Source: Eubacterium sp. (GTDB taxonomy: Bacteria > Bacillota > Clostridia > Lachnospirales > Lachnospiraceae). From it: DNA of 64,000 bases. Shown here piece after piece: positions 8,911-19,100 of the stretch (its first letter is position 1; every line of letters starts with the position of its first letter). The notes under the pieces were generated by a model. The model searched no databases and was not told where the DNA came from. It saw only the letters and a list, made by a program, of their open reading frames with translations. Position numbers and translations under genes: made by a program. Location: the NCBI GenBank assembly GCA_024698965.1, contig JAILQM010000083.1, positions 8,882 through 72,881 of the forward strand, given 5' to 3'.

Positions 8911-10278
8911 TTAAAACAAATCAAAACATCTTATATTTGTCCACATCTGCATTATTCTTTCGTTTGCTTCCTCATCAAAACAGTTCATAACCACAGCCCT
9001 TTCGATGATTTCCTCTGTGGGATACTGTGCCAATAGCTGTCTTTTGGTCTGCTCTTTGGAACACTCCAATACATAGTCCTGCCCAAAGAAATATGAAAGG
9101 TCGTATTCGGCCACCTCGTCTCCTTCTTCTGCTCCGTACATATATTCAAGATATTCTTTTATCACATCGCTCTCTCCGCCCGAGATTGCCGATGTATAAC
9201 CTATGTAGTACATATTTCGCACAACATTTTCCGGCATGGAAATGTAGTTAAGAAATGCTTCGGCCGCCTGTTTTTTTCTCGTATCTTCACTTATTCCGTT
9301 CTTCATCATTACCCAGCCGTCAAACCAAAGATTTGTACATTCTTCGGGCACCGAATAGTTAAGCAGACATCCGTCTTCTTCAGCCTGGTCCAAAGTATAC
9401 ACCGCATCTCCCGACCACTGCATATTGGCAACAACCTTGCCCGTTATCATGTCCGCCTTACCTGAATCCGTCTCCAAAGAATAAGCATTCTTTCTCATCT
9501 CGGAAAGAATATCTTCAGCAACATCTACCGCCTCTTTTGAGGTATCGTTTAAAAGAGCGGACAGGTTCTGATAATACAAAGGATCCGAAAGATAATCTTC
9601 CTGCATTACCTTTTCTTCATTGGCTATACACTGTGCGACGAAAAATGAGTCCCTGACTCCGTCCTTCATCGTTATTCTCTTATAATAATCACTGTCTAAA
9701 AGCACGCTCCAATGAGCCACATCGCTTTCCGAAAGGATTTCCGGATTATACACAAGTCCCATTGTGCCCCACATATATCCTGCGCTGTAGATTGACAGGC
9801 TCTCGCCGTTTCTCTCAAGGCTCTCAAAAACGCCCTCTATATAAGGAGACACCCCGTTTATATAGTAGTTTTCGGGATTGGACTCATCAAAAAATTCCTC
9901 CGAAAGAGGCTCAAGTCTCTCCTCTTCCATCAGCTTCATTATCATATAATCCGACGGACAAACAAGATCGAATACATTTCCGAGGCTCATCTGATTATAG
10001 AGCTCCTCATTTGTACCGTAGGTCGAATACTCAACCTCAATCTCTTCTCCGTAGGTTTCTCCATACCAGATTTCAAAATCATCAATAAGTGAGTCTTCGC
10101 TGAAAATATCTCCGCTTTCAAGCTCTATAATCTCATCTTCGCCCCAATATCCTTCGTCAATATACTCCTCGCAGTTTGCAATTCTGAGCACCAGCTTATC
10201 GTCACCGATGTTTCCGCAGCCCGAAAGCATAAAGCAAAAGCATGCACCAAAAAGGACGGTTAATAATTTCTTACGCAT
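8911..10278 (-). CDS. potD: Spermidine/putrescine ABC transporter substrate-binding lipoprotein
   Basis: Lipobox MRKKLLTVLFGACFCFMLSGC. The PotD-like body is the last gene of a potA-B-C-D arrangement. Confidence 0.8.
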   Translation of the reverse strand: MRKKLLTVLFGACFCFMLSGCGNIGDDKLVLRIANCEEYIDEGYWGEDEIIELESGDIFSEDSLIDDFEIWYGETYGEEIEVEYSTYGTNEELYNQMSLGNVFDLVCPSDYMIMKLMEEERLEPLSEEFFDESNPENYYINGVSPYIEGVFESLERNGESLSIYSAGYMWGTMGLVYNPEILSESDVAHWSVLLDSDYYKRITMKDGVRDSFFVAQCIANEEKVMQEDYLSDPLYYQNLSALLNDTSKEAVDVAEDILSEMRKNAYSLETDSGKADMITGKVVANMQWSGDAVYTLDQAEEDGCLLNYSVPEECTNLWFDGWVMMKNGISEDTRKKQAAEAFLNYISMPENVVRNMYYIGYTSAISGGESDVIKEYLEYMYGAEEGDEVAEYDLSYFFGQDYVLECSKEQTKRQLLAQYPTEEIIERAVVMNCFDEEANERIMQMWTNIRCFDLF

Positions 10279-11068
10279 TACCGTTTTCCTCCTTTGGTGT
10301 CTTAAGATTCATGAGCACAACAGCAGCGACAACCACAACGAATATAATTGTCGAAAGTGCCCAAAGAGCGGTTTTAATGCGAGTCTGCGAGCCTCTTGTC
10401 GCGTTTACCACATAGGTTGATATCGTATCAAATACCGCAGGTTTTGTATAACTTGTAATAAAATAATCATCCAAAGAAAGAGTAAGAGCAGTCGCAAATC
10501 CTGCAATTATTCCCGGAATAAGCTCTCTTAAGGTCACGGAAAACATGGCCTTTAAAGGAGTTGCCCCAAGGTCAATCGCCACCTCATAGTGGTTTTTATC
10601 CATCTGAACAAGTCTCGGCAAAACAGATAAATACACAAACGGAGTGCAAAGCGCCATCTGTCCGGCTATCAGCGGAATATATGTATCTTTATCCATATTA
10701 AGAAATACTATGAATAAAACGCAGATGGAAAATCCGGTTACAACATCTGCATTAACTACAGGAATACGGTTGAAAAACTCTATAGTACTTCCGAGCTTTT
10801 TGCCAACATAAAATCTACCTATAGCCCCGATAGTTCCGAGGATTGTCGAAAGAAAAGCTACCGTAATCGCAAGCAAGAATGTGCCCGCAATCATGTTTCT
10901 GAGTTCTTCCTCTTCTATAAGCGTTTTATAATTATCAAGTGAAAATGCTCCGCTTTGTCCCACCTGGGTTGCATCTGTAAAACTGTAAAGCGCAAGAAGC
11001 AAAATAGGCAGATACATAAACAGCAGCACAACTATTAACCATAAATAAGCAAATCCGTTTTTCTTCAT
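10271..11068 (-). CDS. potC: Spermidine/putrescine ABC transporter permease
   Basis: Six-TM binding-protein-dependent permease with the EAA-like loop (AIDLGATPLKAMFSVTLRELIPG). Its ends overlap both neighbouring genes. Confidence 0.85.
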   Translation of the reverse strand: MKKNGFAYLWLIVVLLFMYLPILLLALYSFTDATQVGQSGAFSLDNYKTLIEEEELRNMIAGTFLLAITVAFLSTILGTIGAIGRFYVGKKLGSTIEFFNRIPVVNADVVTGFSICVLFIVFLNMDKDTYIPLIAGQMALCTPFVYLSVLPRLVQMDKNHYEVAIDLGATPLKAMFSVTLRELIPGIIAGFATALTLSLDDYFITSYTKPAVFDTISTYVVNATRGSQTRIKTALWALSTIIFVVVVAAVVLMNLKTPKEENGNA

Positions 11069-11844
11069 TATGCCACCTCACTTTCCGCACGCTGGGCTCT
11101 GGTTTTGGTGTAAGATGCCAAAAGAATGAAAAGCAGAAGAATTATAGAAACCATCGATCCTCTGTGCCAGTCAAATGCAGCAAAGTAGCTTCCTATAAGG
11201 CTTCCCATGATATAGGTAGAATTGTAAATCATATCAAGCACTACGTAATTTGTCATTGCCGGCAAAAATACCATTGTAATACCGCTTGCAATTCCCGGCA
11301 TTGAAAGAGGAAGAAGTACCTTAACAAAAGCCATTCTCTTTCTTGCTCCAAGGTCTCTTGCAGCCTCAATATATCCCCAATCAATATCTTCAATACATGT
11401 ATAAATAGGCAAAATCATAAACGGCAAAAAGTCATAAACCTGACAAAGCACCGTATTAAAAAACGGATAGTAAGCCAGATTTCCTTCTATAGTCGAAAGG
11501 ATTTCCTTCATTGCGGTAATTCTGAGCGTAAAATTGATCCACATAGGTAAAACCAAAAGAGTGACCAAAACTCCGCTCTTTTTTATATTCTTTCTGACAA
11601 GAACATAGGCTGTAGGATAGGCGATTAAAAGTGCAAGTGCCGTCGTACAAAAAGCAATGGCAAGGCTGTAGACAAAGGTGCCGAGCATCTTGCCGTTTGT
11701 GAAAAATTCCGTGAAATTTTCAACCGTGAATCTTCCTTCAGAGTTTGTAAACGCGTAATATCCAACCACTAAAAGCGGCAGAACAACAAACACGACAAGA
11801 AAGATCACATAGAAAATTCCCAGATATCCTCTGCGATCTTTCAT
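11068..11844 (-). CDS. potB: Spermidine/putrescine ABC transporter permease
   Basis: Permease with EAARDLGARKRMAFVKVLLPLSMPG, adjacent to potA. Confidence 0.85.
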   Translation of the reverse strand: MKDRRGYLGIFYVIFLVVFVVLPLLVVGYYAFTNSEGRFTVENFTEFFTNGKMLGTFVYSLAIAFCTTALALLIAYPTAYVLVRKNIKKSGVLVTLLVLPMWINFTLRITAMKEILSTIEGNLAYYPFFNTVLCQVYDFLPFMILPIYTCIEDIDWGYIEAARDLGARKRMAFVKVLLPLSMPGIASGITMVFLPAMTNYVVLDMIYNSTYIMGSLIGSYFAAFDWHRGSMVSIILLLFILLASYTKTRAQRAESEVA

Positions 11845-13245
11845 CTATTCTTCCTCCCTAGTGATTTCAAACTCGAGTCTGTCTTCAGGAATAATAAGGC
11901 CTACATAGTCTCCCGTATTCCAAAGATAATCGTCATCAATATAATAGTCCGTTCCGCTTTCACTTCTTACTCCGTAGCTATAGTGATCACCCTTATATAT
12001 AATTGAAATAATATTTCCGGTTATATCGCAGGTCTCGGCCTCGTCTGTAAGATCTCCGTATCTTGGATCAAAGAATGCCGATACATGAACTCCTTCCGGG
12101 TTCTCCGGAACATTCTCTCCAAATATCTTTTTAAGATCTACGTTTAGAGAATTATCCGCAAATCTAATGCTTCCGTCGGATTCAATAACGCCTTTGAAGT
12201 GATTCTTTGTGGCATCGTATGGCATTACATGGATTCCGTCCGGCTCTATTTTTATTCCCACATTAGCTCCGACCTCAACAGGATCGGTGCTTTTGGCAAC
12301 AATCTCGTTTTTACCGCTCTGAATTATAATCTCGTAAAAAGTTCCTTTGAACAATACCGAAAGTACTTCGCCTGTAATATCTCCGTCTTCGGCTTTACAG
12401 ATATCCACATCTTCAGGGCGCACTACGGCCTCTATCCTCATTCCGAGAGGATAATCGTCGAGACATTCAAACTCGCAGTCACAGAAGCTGACCTTAAGAT
12501 GACCTGTCATCCTGCCGTTGTAGATATTACTCTCTCCTATAAAATCGGCTACGAATGAATTCGCCGGCTCGTCATATATTTCCTTAGGTGTACCGATCTG
12601 CTGAATCTTACCGTCGGAAATAACCACGACTTTGTCAGACATTGTAAGCGCCTCTTCCTGATCGTGGGTAACAAAAATAAAGGTTATACCAAGCTCCTTA
12701 TGCATTTCCATAAGTTCAAGCTGCATATCCTTTCTCATCTGATAATCCAGGGCCGAAAGAGGCTCATCCAAAAGAAGAATCTCCGGCTCATTTACAATGG
12801 CTCTGGCAATAGCTATTCGCTGCTGCTGTCCGCCCGAAAGAGTCTGAACCCTTCTCTTCTCAAAGCCTTCAAGATCCACCATTTCAAGTGCATCCTTGAC
12901 CTTTTTATCTATCACATCCTTCGGCAGCTTTTTAAGCTTAAGGCCGAAAGCTATATTATCGTAAATGTTGAGAAACGGGAAAAGTGCGTAATTTTGAAAC
13001 ACCGTATTGATCGGCCTTTTATTGGCCGGAAGATCGTTAATTTTTTCCCCGTCAAGAAAAATATCCCCTGATGTGACACTCTCAAATCCCGCAATCATTC
13101 TGAGTATGGTAGTCTTTCCGCATCCCGAAGGACCAAGCAGTGTCACGAATTCACCCTTCTCTATTGAAAGGTTAATATCCTCTATAACCTTTGTCTTTCC
13201 GTCATAGCTCTTACCAACATTCTTAAGTTCGATAATTTTCTCCAA
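11845..13245 (-). CDS. potA: Spermidine/putrescine import ATP-binding protein with an extended C-terminal domain
   Basis: Walker A GPSGCGKTT, signature LSGGQQQR, Walker B LLLDEPLSALD. It is about 90 aa longer than a typical PotA. Confidence 0.85.
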   Translation of the reverse strand: MEKIIELKNVGKSYDGKTKVIEDINLSIEKGEFVTLLGPSGCGKTTILRMIAGFESVTSGDIFLDGEKINDLPANKRPINTVFQNYALFPFLNIYDNIAFGLKLKKLPKDVIDKKVKDALEMVDLEGFEKRRVQTLSGGQQQRIAIARAIVNEPEILLLDEPLSALDYQMRKDMQLELMEMHKELGITFIFVTHDQEEALTMSDKVVVISDGKIQQIGTPKEIYDEPANSFVADFIGESNIYNGRMTGHLKVSFCDCEFECLDDYPLGMRIEAVVRPEDVDICKAEDGDITGEVLSVLFKGTFYEIIIQSGKNEIVAKSTDPVEVGANVGIKIEPDGIHVMPYDATKNHFKGVIESDGSIRFADNSLNVDLKKIFGENVPENPEGVHVSAFFDPRYGDLTDEAETCDITGNIISIIYKGDHYSYGVRSESGTDYYIDDDYLWNTGDYVGLIIPEDRLEFEITREEE

Positions 13246-13269
13246 TTCTATTATCCCCTCCTAACGATT

Positions 13270-14292
13270 TTATTTTCCGAATCCGCAATTCGGGAAAGTG
13301 CATACATTGCAGTTGAGGCAAAGGCCTCCTTCTCCGAATCTGTGCAAATCTTCCTCAGTTACAATATCATCTGCCATAAGTCTTGGCAATACCAAATCAA
13401 AAATAGTTCTCTTAGCATACATTACGCAACCCGGAAGCCCAAGTACCGGAATCTTCTTTTCTCCGTAATAAGACAATAAAAACATTGCTCCCGGAAGAAC
13501 AGGCGCTCCGTAAGTAATAATTTCAGCTCCCGTATTTTTGATTGCGAGAGGAGTCTTATCATCGGGATCGACACTCATTCCTCCCGTACATACAACCATT
13601 TCTGCTCCCATGTCAAGAAGCTTCATAATGCATCCCGTTATTCTCTCATTATCGTCATCCGAAATCTCGTGTCCGATAATCTCCGCGCCAAACTCTGTAA
13701 CCTTATCTATAATAACCGGTGTAAAAGTATCCTCAATCCTCTTATGGAATACTTCGTTACCCGTCGTCACAATTCCGACCTTTTTCTTTTTAAACGGACA
13801 GACATTGAAAAGCGGCTCGCTTCCTGCCGCAAGAATAGCTCTATCCATCTTTTCCTTTTCAATAACCAAAGGTATGATTCTCGTGCCTGCAAGCTTGTCG
13901 CCCTTTTTCACGGCAAAATCTCCGTGACGCGAAGCAATCATCATCTCACCCAAAGAGTTAACGGCCAAAAGCTTTTCTCTGTTTATTTTAAGAACACCGT
14001 CGCAATCGGCAATAAGCTCAATCTTGCCTTCCTTTACATCAGAGCCGTGCATATTCTGGCCTGCACAGATTTTATAAAGAACCTCTGCCGCATCATTTTC
14101 ATGCATCATATTCTCATCATTTTCCCAAATATAAACATGATCCTTTCCGACACTCAAGAGCACCGGAACATCCTCTTCTTTTATAATATGACCTTTGCGG
14201 AATACCGCATCCTTTGTCACACCCTTTATAATCTGCGTAATATCGTGGCAAAGTACCTGCCCTACCGCATCCTGTGTTTTCATTAATTTCAT
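13270..14292 (-). CDS. Molybdopterin-binding (MoeA/MoCF_biosynth-like) domain protein with a C-terminal Cys cluster
   Basis: MoeA-like N-terminus (DAVGQVLCHDITQI), a MoCF-BD-like core (VGIVTTGNEV…CTGGMSVDPDD) and a C-terminal CLNCNVCTFPNC. It lies 24 nt upstream of potA. Confidence 0.65.
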   Translation of the reverse strand: MKLMKTQDAVGQVLCHDITQIIKGVTKDAVFRKGHIIKEEDVPVLLSVGKDHVYIWENDENMMHENDAAEVLYKICAGQNMHGSDVKEGKIELIADCDGVLKINREKLLAVNSLGEMMIASRHGDFAVKKGDKLAGTRIIPLVIEKEKMDRAILAAGSEPLFNVCPFKKKKVGIVTTGNEVFHKRIEDTFTPVIIDKVTEFGAEIIGHEISDDDNERITGCIMKLLDMGAEMVVCTGGMSVDPDDKTPLAIKNTGAEIITYGAPVLPGAMFLLSYYGEKKIPVLGLPGCVMYAKRTIFDLVLPRLMADDIVTEEDLHRFGEGGLCLNCNVCTFPNCGFGK

Positions 14293-14460
14293 GGCATTAA
14301 CCTCATTTCATAGTGAATTAATTCTATCATATTTTCATAACTTTGTTTATAAAAAGTTAATAATTCTTTATAGAATATTTCTTGAGCTTATAATGCAAAA
14401 AGAGTATCATCAAGAACGTAGAGAACTCATACTTCTCATCCCCCTAACATAATTTAGATA

Positions 14461-14499
14461 AAAAAATAAAACTTCCATTCGGAAGTTTTATTTTTTTAT
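14461..14499. terminator. Bidirectional rho-independent terminator
   Basis: aaaaaaataaaacttcc-attc-ggaagttttattttttt has a symmetric stem flanked by A- and T-runs. It ends the tRNA operon transcript on the minus strand. Confidence 0.8.
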
Positions 14500-14514
14500 C
14501 TTGCTTCTAGCATA

Positions 14515-14822
14515 GGGGACGGTTCTGCTTGCGCTTAGCATAGGGGACGGTTCTCTTTGTCGGTTTAGGGGGGACTCTCAGCATAGCATAGGGGACTCTC
14601 ACAGCATAGGGGACTCTCACAGCATAGGGGACGGTTCTCTTTGTTGAAACATAAGCATTTAGAACAAAGCTATATACTTTGATTGTTTCAACAAAGAGAA
14701 CCGTCCCCTATGCTGTGAGAGTCCCCTATGCTGTGAGAGTCCCCTATGCTATGCTGAGAGTCCCCCCTAAACCGACAAAGAGAACCGTCCCCTATGCTAA
14801 GCGCAAGCAGAACCGTCCCCTC
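14515..14822. repeat. Perfect long inverted repeat (137-bp arms 14515-14651 / 14686-14822, 34-nt spacer) composed of AGCATAGGGGAC iterons
   Basis: I reverse-complemented the right arm by hand and it equals the left arm with zero mismatches. Each arm carries about five AGCATAGGGGAC copies, each followed by GGTTCT(C/G) or TCTCAC. Confidence 0.9.
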
Positions 14823-14835
14823 CATATTCGTTAAT

Positions 14836-14921
14836 GCCGGCGACCGGAGTCGAACCGGTACGGGAAATTAATCCCACGGGATTTTAAGTCCCGGGCGTCT
14901 GCCAATTCCGCCACGCCGGCA
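14836..14921 (-). tRNA. tRNA-Leu (anticodon UAA), no encoded CCA
   Basis: The reverse complement is GCCGGCG-TG-GCGGAATTGGCAGACGC-CGGGA-CTTAAAA-TCCCG, then a long variable arm, ACCGGTTCGACTCCGGT and CGCCGGC-A. It forms a cloverleaf with a 7-bp acceptor stem. Confidence 0.9.
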
Positions 14922-14957
14922 TTTCAATATAAAATTGTAAAATATTATATTAAAAAA

Positions 14958-15039
14958 TGGACGGAGAAGGATTCGAACCTTCGAAGTCGTAGACAACAGA
15001 TTTACAGTCTGCCCCCTTTGGCCGCTCGGGAATCCGTCC
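14958..15039 (-). tRNA. tRNA-Tyr (anticodon GUA), no encoded CCA
   Basis: The reverse complement reads GGACGGA…GCAGA-CTGTAAA-TCTGT, then a variable arm, then …GGTTCGAATCC…TCCGTCC-A. Confidence 0.9.
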
Positions 15040-15073
15040 ATATGTCAAGGCTTAATTGCCCTGACGAGATTAG

Positions 15074-15102
15074 ATTATAGCATAGTAATTTCTATAATGC
15101 AA
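15074..15102 (-). promoter_or_regulatory. Sigma-A type promoter (TTGCAT-17-TATAAT) of the tRNA-Tyr/tRNA-Leu operon
   Basis: On the reverse complement, TTGCAT is at 15097-15102 and TATAAT at 15074-15079, about 35 nt upstream of tRNA-Tyr. Confidence 0.6.
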
Positions 15103-15109
15103 CCATATT

Positions 15110-16132
15110 TTAATTAAATGGCACAATTAAATGCGCAAATCTGAAACCGATTATTCCAAGCTCTCTTCCAAGCTTACCCGGAAGGTTTACAAATGCTGCA
15201 ATAGAGGCTCTTCTTACGACTATAGCCATTTTTCTGTTATGCTTGTAAAGCTCCTTCCACATGTCGGAAATCATTTTTTCCGCCTCATCTGTGCGGTTAA
15301 GTCTCGTAAAGATTGTTGCAAGAGTCATCATAAATGTAATCTCATGATATAAATATTTTACAAGACGCGGCTTTGTCTCTTTAAGCTTTTCAAGATCATG
15401 TGCCTTAAAGATTTCCTTTGACACAAGAATCTGGTGATCGCAGCGTTTCTTTAAGCTTTCTTCCGATACCGACTGGTTCTCTCTACCGATGAGGTAGAAG
15501 TAAAAGTCCTCATTGAGGTATACGATTTTTTCCACATAAGGAAGCGGATAGTAAGCAAAAAGGTTATCTTCAAAGAATGTATGCTTCGGAAGCACAACTC
15601 CGCATTTTCTCAATATCTCTGTACGATAAAGATTTGAATGCATTGTCATATACTGCCATGGTCTGAATCTTTTCACATCATCCCACTCGCAGGTAACCTT
15701 TTCCGGAATAACGTTTTTATATCTTATTGTTCTTGTTACTCCCTTGCCCTTGGTATAGTAAACGTAATTACAAACCATAAGGTCAATTCCGCCGTGACTT
15801 TCGGCAGCCTTTAATCTTTTAATTACAGCTTTAAGGGCCTTTTCTCCAACCCAGTCATCCGAGTCAACCACCTTAAAGTATTTTCCGGTAGCCTCGCGAA
15901 GTCCATGATTAATACCTTCGCCGTGACCTCCGTTTTCCTGTGTAAGAACTCTTACTATTGTCGGATACTTTTCTGCATAAGCAGCAGCAATTTCTCCGGT
16001 TTTGTCTGTGGAACCGTCATTAACGATAAGTATTTCCGCATCCTCACCGGCCTTAAGAAGACTGTCCACGCAGATATGCAAATAATCCTCCGAATTATAA
16101 CTCGGAACCACAAATGTTATTAATTTACTCAT
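15110..16132 (-). CDS. Family 2 glycosyltransferase
   Basis: GT-A N-terminus FVVPSYNSEDYLHICVDSLL…ILIVNDGSTD…VVDSDDW. Its ATG overlaps the TGA of the upstream gene (ATGA). Confidence 0.85.
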   Translation of the reverse strand: MSKLITFVVPSYNSEDYLHICVDSLLKAGEDAEILIVNDGSTDKTGEIAAAYAEKYPTIVRVLTQENGGHGEGINHGLREATGKYFKVVDSDDWVGEKALKAVIKRLKAAESHGGIDLMVCNYVYYTKGKGVTRTIRYKNVIPEKVTCEWDDVKRFRPWQYMTMHSNLYRTEILRKCGVVLPKHTFFEDNLFAYYPLPYVEKIVYLNEDFYFYLIGRENQSVSEESLKKRCDHQILVSKEIFKAHDLEKLKETKPRLVKYLYHEITFMMTLATIFTRLNRTDEAEKMISDMWKELYKHNRKMAIVVRRASIAAFVNLPGKLGRELGIIGFRFAHLIVPFN

Positions 16133-19100
16133 AATATTTCCTCTTTAGCAACCTCCATCATAAGTTTAATACGGTTGAGCTGATTCACACGGCTCGCACT
16201 CGCATCATAGTCTATTGCCACAATATTTGCCTGCGGGTAAAGCGACTTAACTTTTTTTACTATACCCTTTCCGACAATATGGTTCGGCAGGCATCCGAAC
16301 GGTTGCACGCAGACTATATTATTAACCTTTTCTTTGATTAAGTCAATGACTTCTCCCGGCAAAAACCAGCCTTCACCGCACTGATTCCCGAGCTGAAGCA
16401 CTTCCGCACCGTCCGCCCTTATATTCTCAAGGCTTGAATTTCTTTTAAAATGAATGCTCTTATCGAGCCTGGTCATTACATCTTTTCTGACATAATCGGT
16501 AACCCAAAGTAATAAATCAACAAGTTTTGCCGCCTTTTTACTCTTACCGAAAACCTCGGCCCTGTATTTGGCATTCCAAAAACAGTATTCCAAAAATTCT
16601 ATCACGTCCGGAATTACAACCTCTGCGCCCTCGGCCTCAATTAAATCCGAGAGGTGATTGTTGGCCATCGGCATGTATTTTACTAGTACCTCACCGACAA
16701 TTCCGACTCTTACCTTTTTATCTGTTCCGCTTACCTTAATCGCATCAAACTCATCTATTATAGCCCTGCAGTTTTTCTTTAGGCTTCTCCAATTAACACT
16801 CTTTTGAGAGACGTCTTCTTTAATAATCTCCATCCACTTTGCGTAAAGCTCATTGGTGCTGCCTTTTTCCACCTCGTAAGGTCTCATTCTGTGAGATACT
16901 TTCGAAAGCAGGTCTCCGTAAATAAGGCACTTAATTATCTTAAGAAGGGTTTTTATACCAATCTTAAATCCGCTCTGCGTCTCCATTCCGTTAGGGTTTG
17001 CCGAAATAACGGGGATATGTCCGTATCCGGCCTCGGCAAGAGCTTTTCTGATAAATCCAACGTAATTTGAAGCCCTGCAGCCTCCACCCGTCTGAGCCAT
17101 AACAACAGCAAGATGATCCGTATCGTATTTTCCGCTCATAACCTCGGCAAGTATCTGCCCGGTTGTAATTATACACGGATAGCAGGTATCGTTATTTACA
17201 TATTTAACGCCGAGATCGTATACATCCTGACCTTCGTTCCACATCATGACAAAGTTGTAGCCCTCGCTTCTTAGCGCAGCTTGCATAAAGTCAAAATGCG
17301 GTGTTATCATTCCCGGACAAAGTATTGTATATTTTTCCTGCTGCATCTTGTCGGTATACTCGACTCTTTCGTAGTCATACGGTTTTTGCAGCTTTTTGCT
17401 GGCGTCTTTGTTTCTCTCTTTTAACGCCGCAATCATTGAACGCACCCTGATTCTGGCCGCTCCGAGGTTGTTAACCTCATCTATTTTAAGAAGGGTGTAC
17501 ATCTTTCCGGTCTGCTCGCAAAGCTCGGAGATTTGGTCTATTGTTACCGCATCCACACCGCAGCCGAAAGAATTAAGCTGTATAATCTCAAGGTCATCCC
17601 TCGTCGCCGCATACTCGGCAGCAGAATAAAGCCTTGAATGATATACCCACTGGTTTGTCGTACGCAGTTTTACCTCATGCGGGTTAAGCCCTGCCACAGA
17701 GTCTTCCGTAAGCACCGCGAGCCCGTAACCCTGAATCATCTTAGGTATTCCGTGATTTATCTCCGGATCCAAGTGATACGGTCTTCCGGCCAAAATAACG
17801 CCTGTCTTTCCCTTCTTTTCAATCCATTTAAGAGCTTCTTTTCCCTTGTTTAGAATATCTTCCTTGCACCTCAAAAGCTCCTTCCATGCCTTATGCACGG
17901 CACTTCTTACCTCGCCTCCGCCTATGCCCCAGTATTCTGCGGCAACTTCGCAAAGCCTGTGTGCCAAAACATCTTCATTTTCAAATGAGATGAAAGGATT
18001 TAAATATCTCACATTTTTGTTCTCAAGGTCATCGACATTGTTTCTTATATTCTCGGGATAAGATATAACCATCGGGCAGTTATAAATATTCTGCGTATTT
18101 CTTCCCTCGTCTCTCTCATAAAAAACGCATGGGTAAAATATCGTTTTAACTCCGCTCTTAATCAGCCACTCAATATGACCGTGAACTATTTTTGCAGGAT
18201 AACACTGAGACTCGCTCGGAATTGTATCCATTCCCGATTCGTACATTTGTCTCGACGTAAGCGGAGAAAGCACTGTTCTAAAACCTATCTCCCTGAAAAA
18301 CACTGCCCAGAAAGGATAATTCTCATACATATTTAAAGCTCTCGGAATGCCGATTTCTCCCATCGGAGCCTTGTTTTCCGGCAGCGGCTCATAATCAAAA
18401 ATTCTCTTAAGCTTGTAGGCAAAAAGGTTCGGAGCTTCTTCTTTTGCACCTCCGCCTCCCAAAGCTCTCTCACATCTGTTTCCGCTGATATATCTTTTGC
18501 TGTCTCCGAAGTGGTTAATCGTAAGACGACATTTATTTTCGCACCCCTTACAATAGGTTGTACTTGTTTTATAGGTAAATTCCTTAATCTTGTCGTAAGA
18601 CAAAATGCTGCTCTGCCCGGTAGAACGCTCTCTTGCAATAAGCGCCGCTCCGAAAGCTCCCATGATTCCGGAAATCTCCGGCCTTACGGCCTCTCTTCCG
18701 CTTATGATTTCAAAGCATCTTAAAACGGCGTCATTGTAAAATGTACCGCCCTGCACAACAATTTTCTTTCCGAGTTTTCCCGCATCCCTTAATTTTATTA
18801 CCTTAAAGAGAGCGTTTTTAACTACAGAATAAGCAAGGCCGGCCGCAATGTCCGCAACATCTGCGCCCTCTTTCTGCGCCTGCTTTACATTCGAATTCAT
18901 AAATACCGTACATCTCGTACCGAGATCTACCGGTTTTTTTGACTTAACTGCGATATTTGCAAACTCCGCCGCATTATAGCCCAAAGACTTTGCAAACTGC
19001 TCAAGAAATGATCCGCATCCCGACGAGCATGCTTCGTTTAAGACAATCGAGTCCACATACCCATCTTTGAGCATTATGCACTTCATGTCCTGTCCGCCTA

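Noticed and set aside
14515-14822. The palindrome as a retron msd, an IS/MITE, or a prophage att scar at tRNA-Leu.
   Set aside because: No reverse transcriptase, transposase or integrase gene lies within several kb. No target-site duplication or tRNA 3'-end duplication is visible. These explanations cannot be excluded without whole-genome copy counts, so the element is reported as unexplained rather than assigned.
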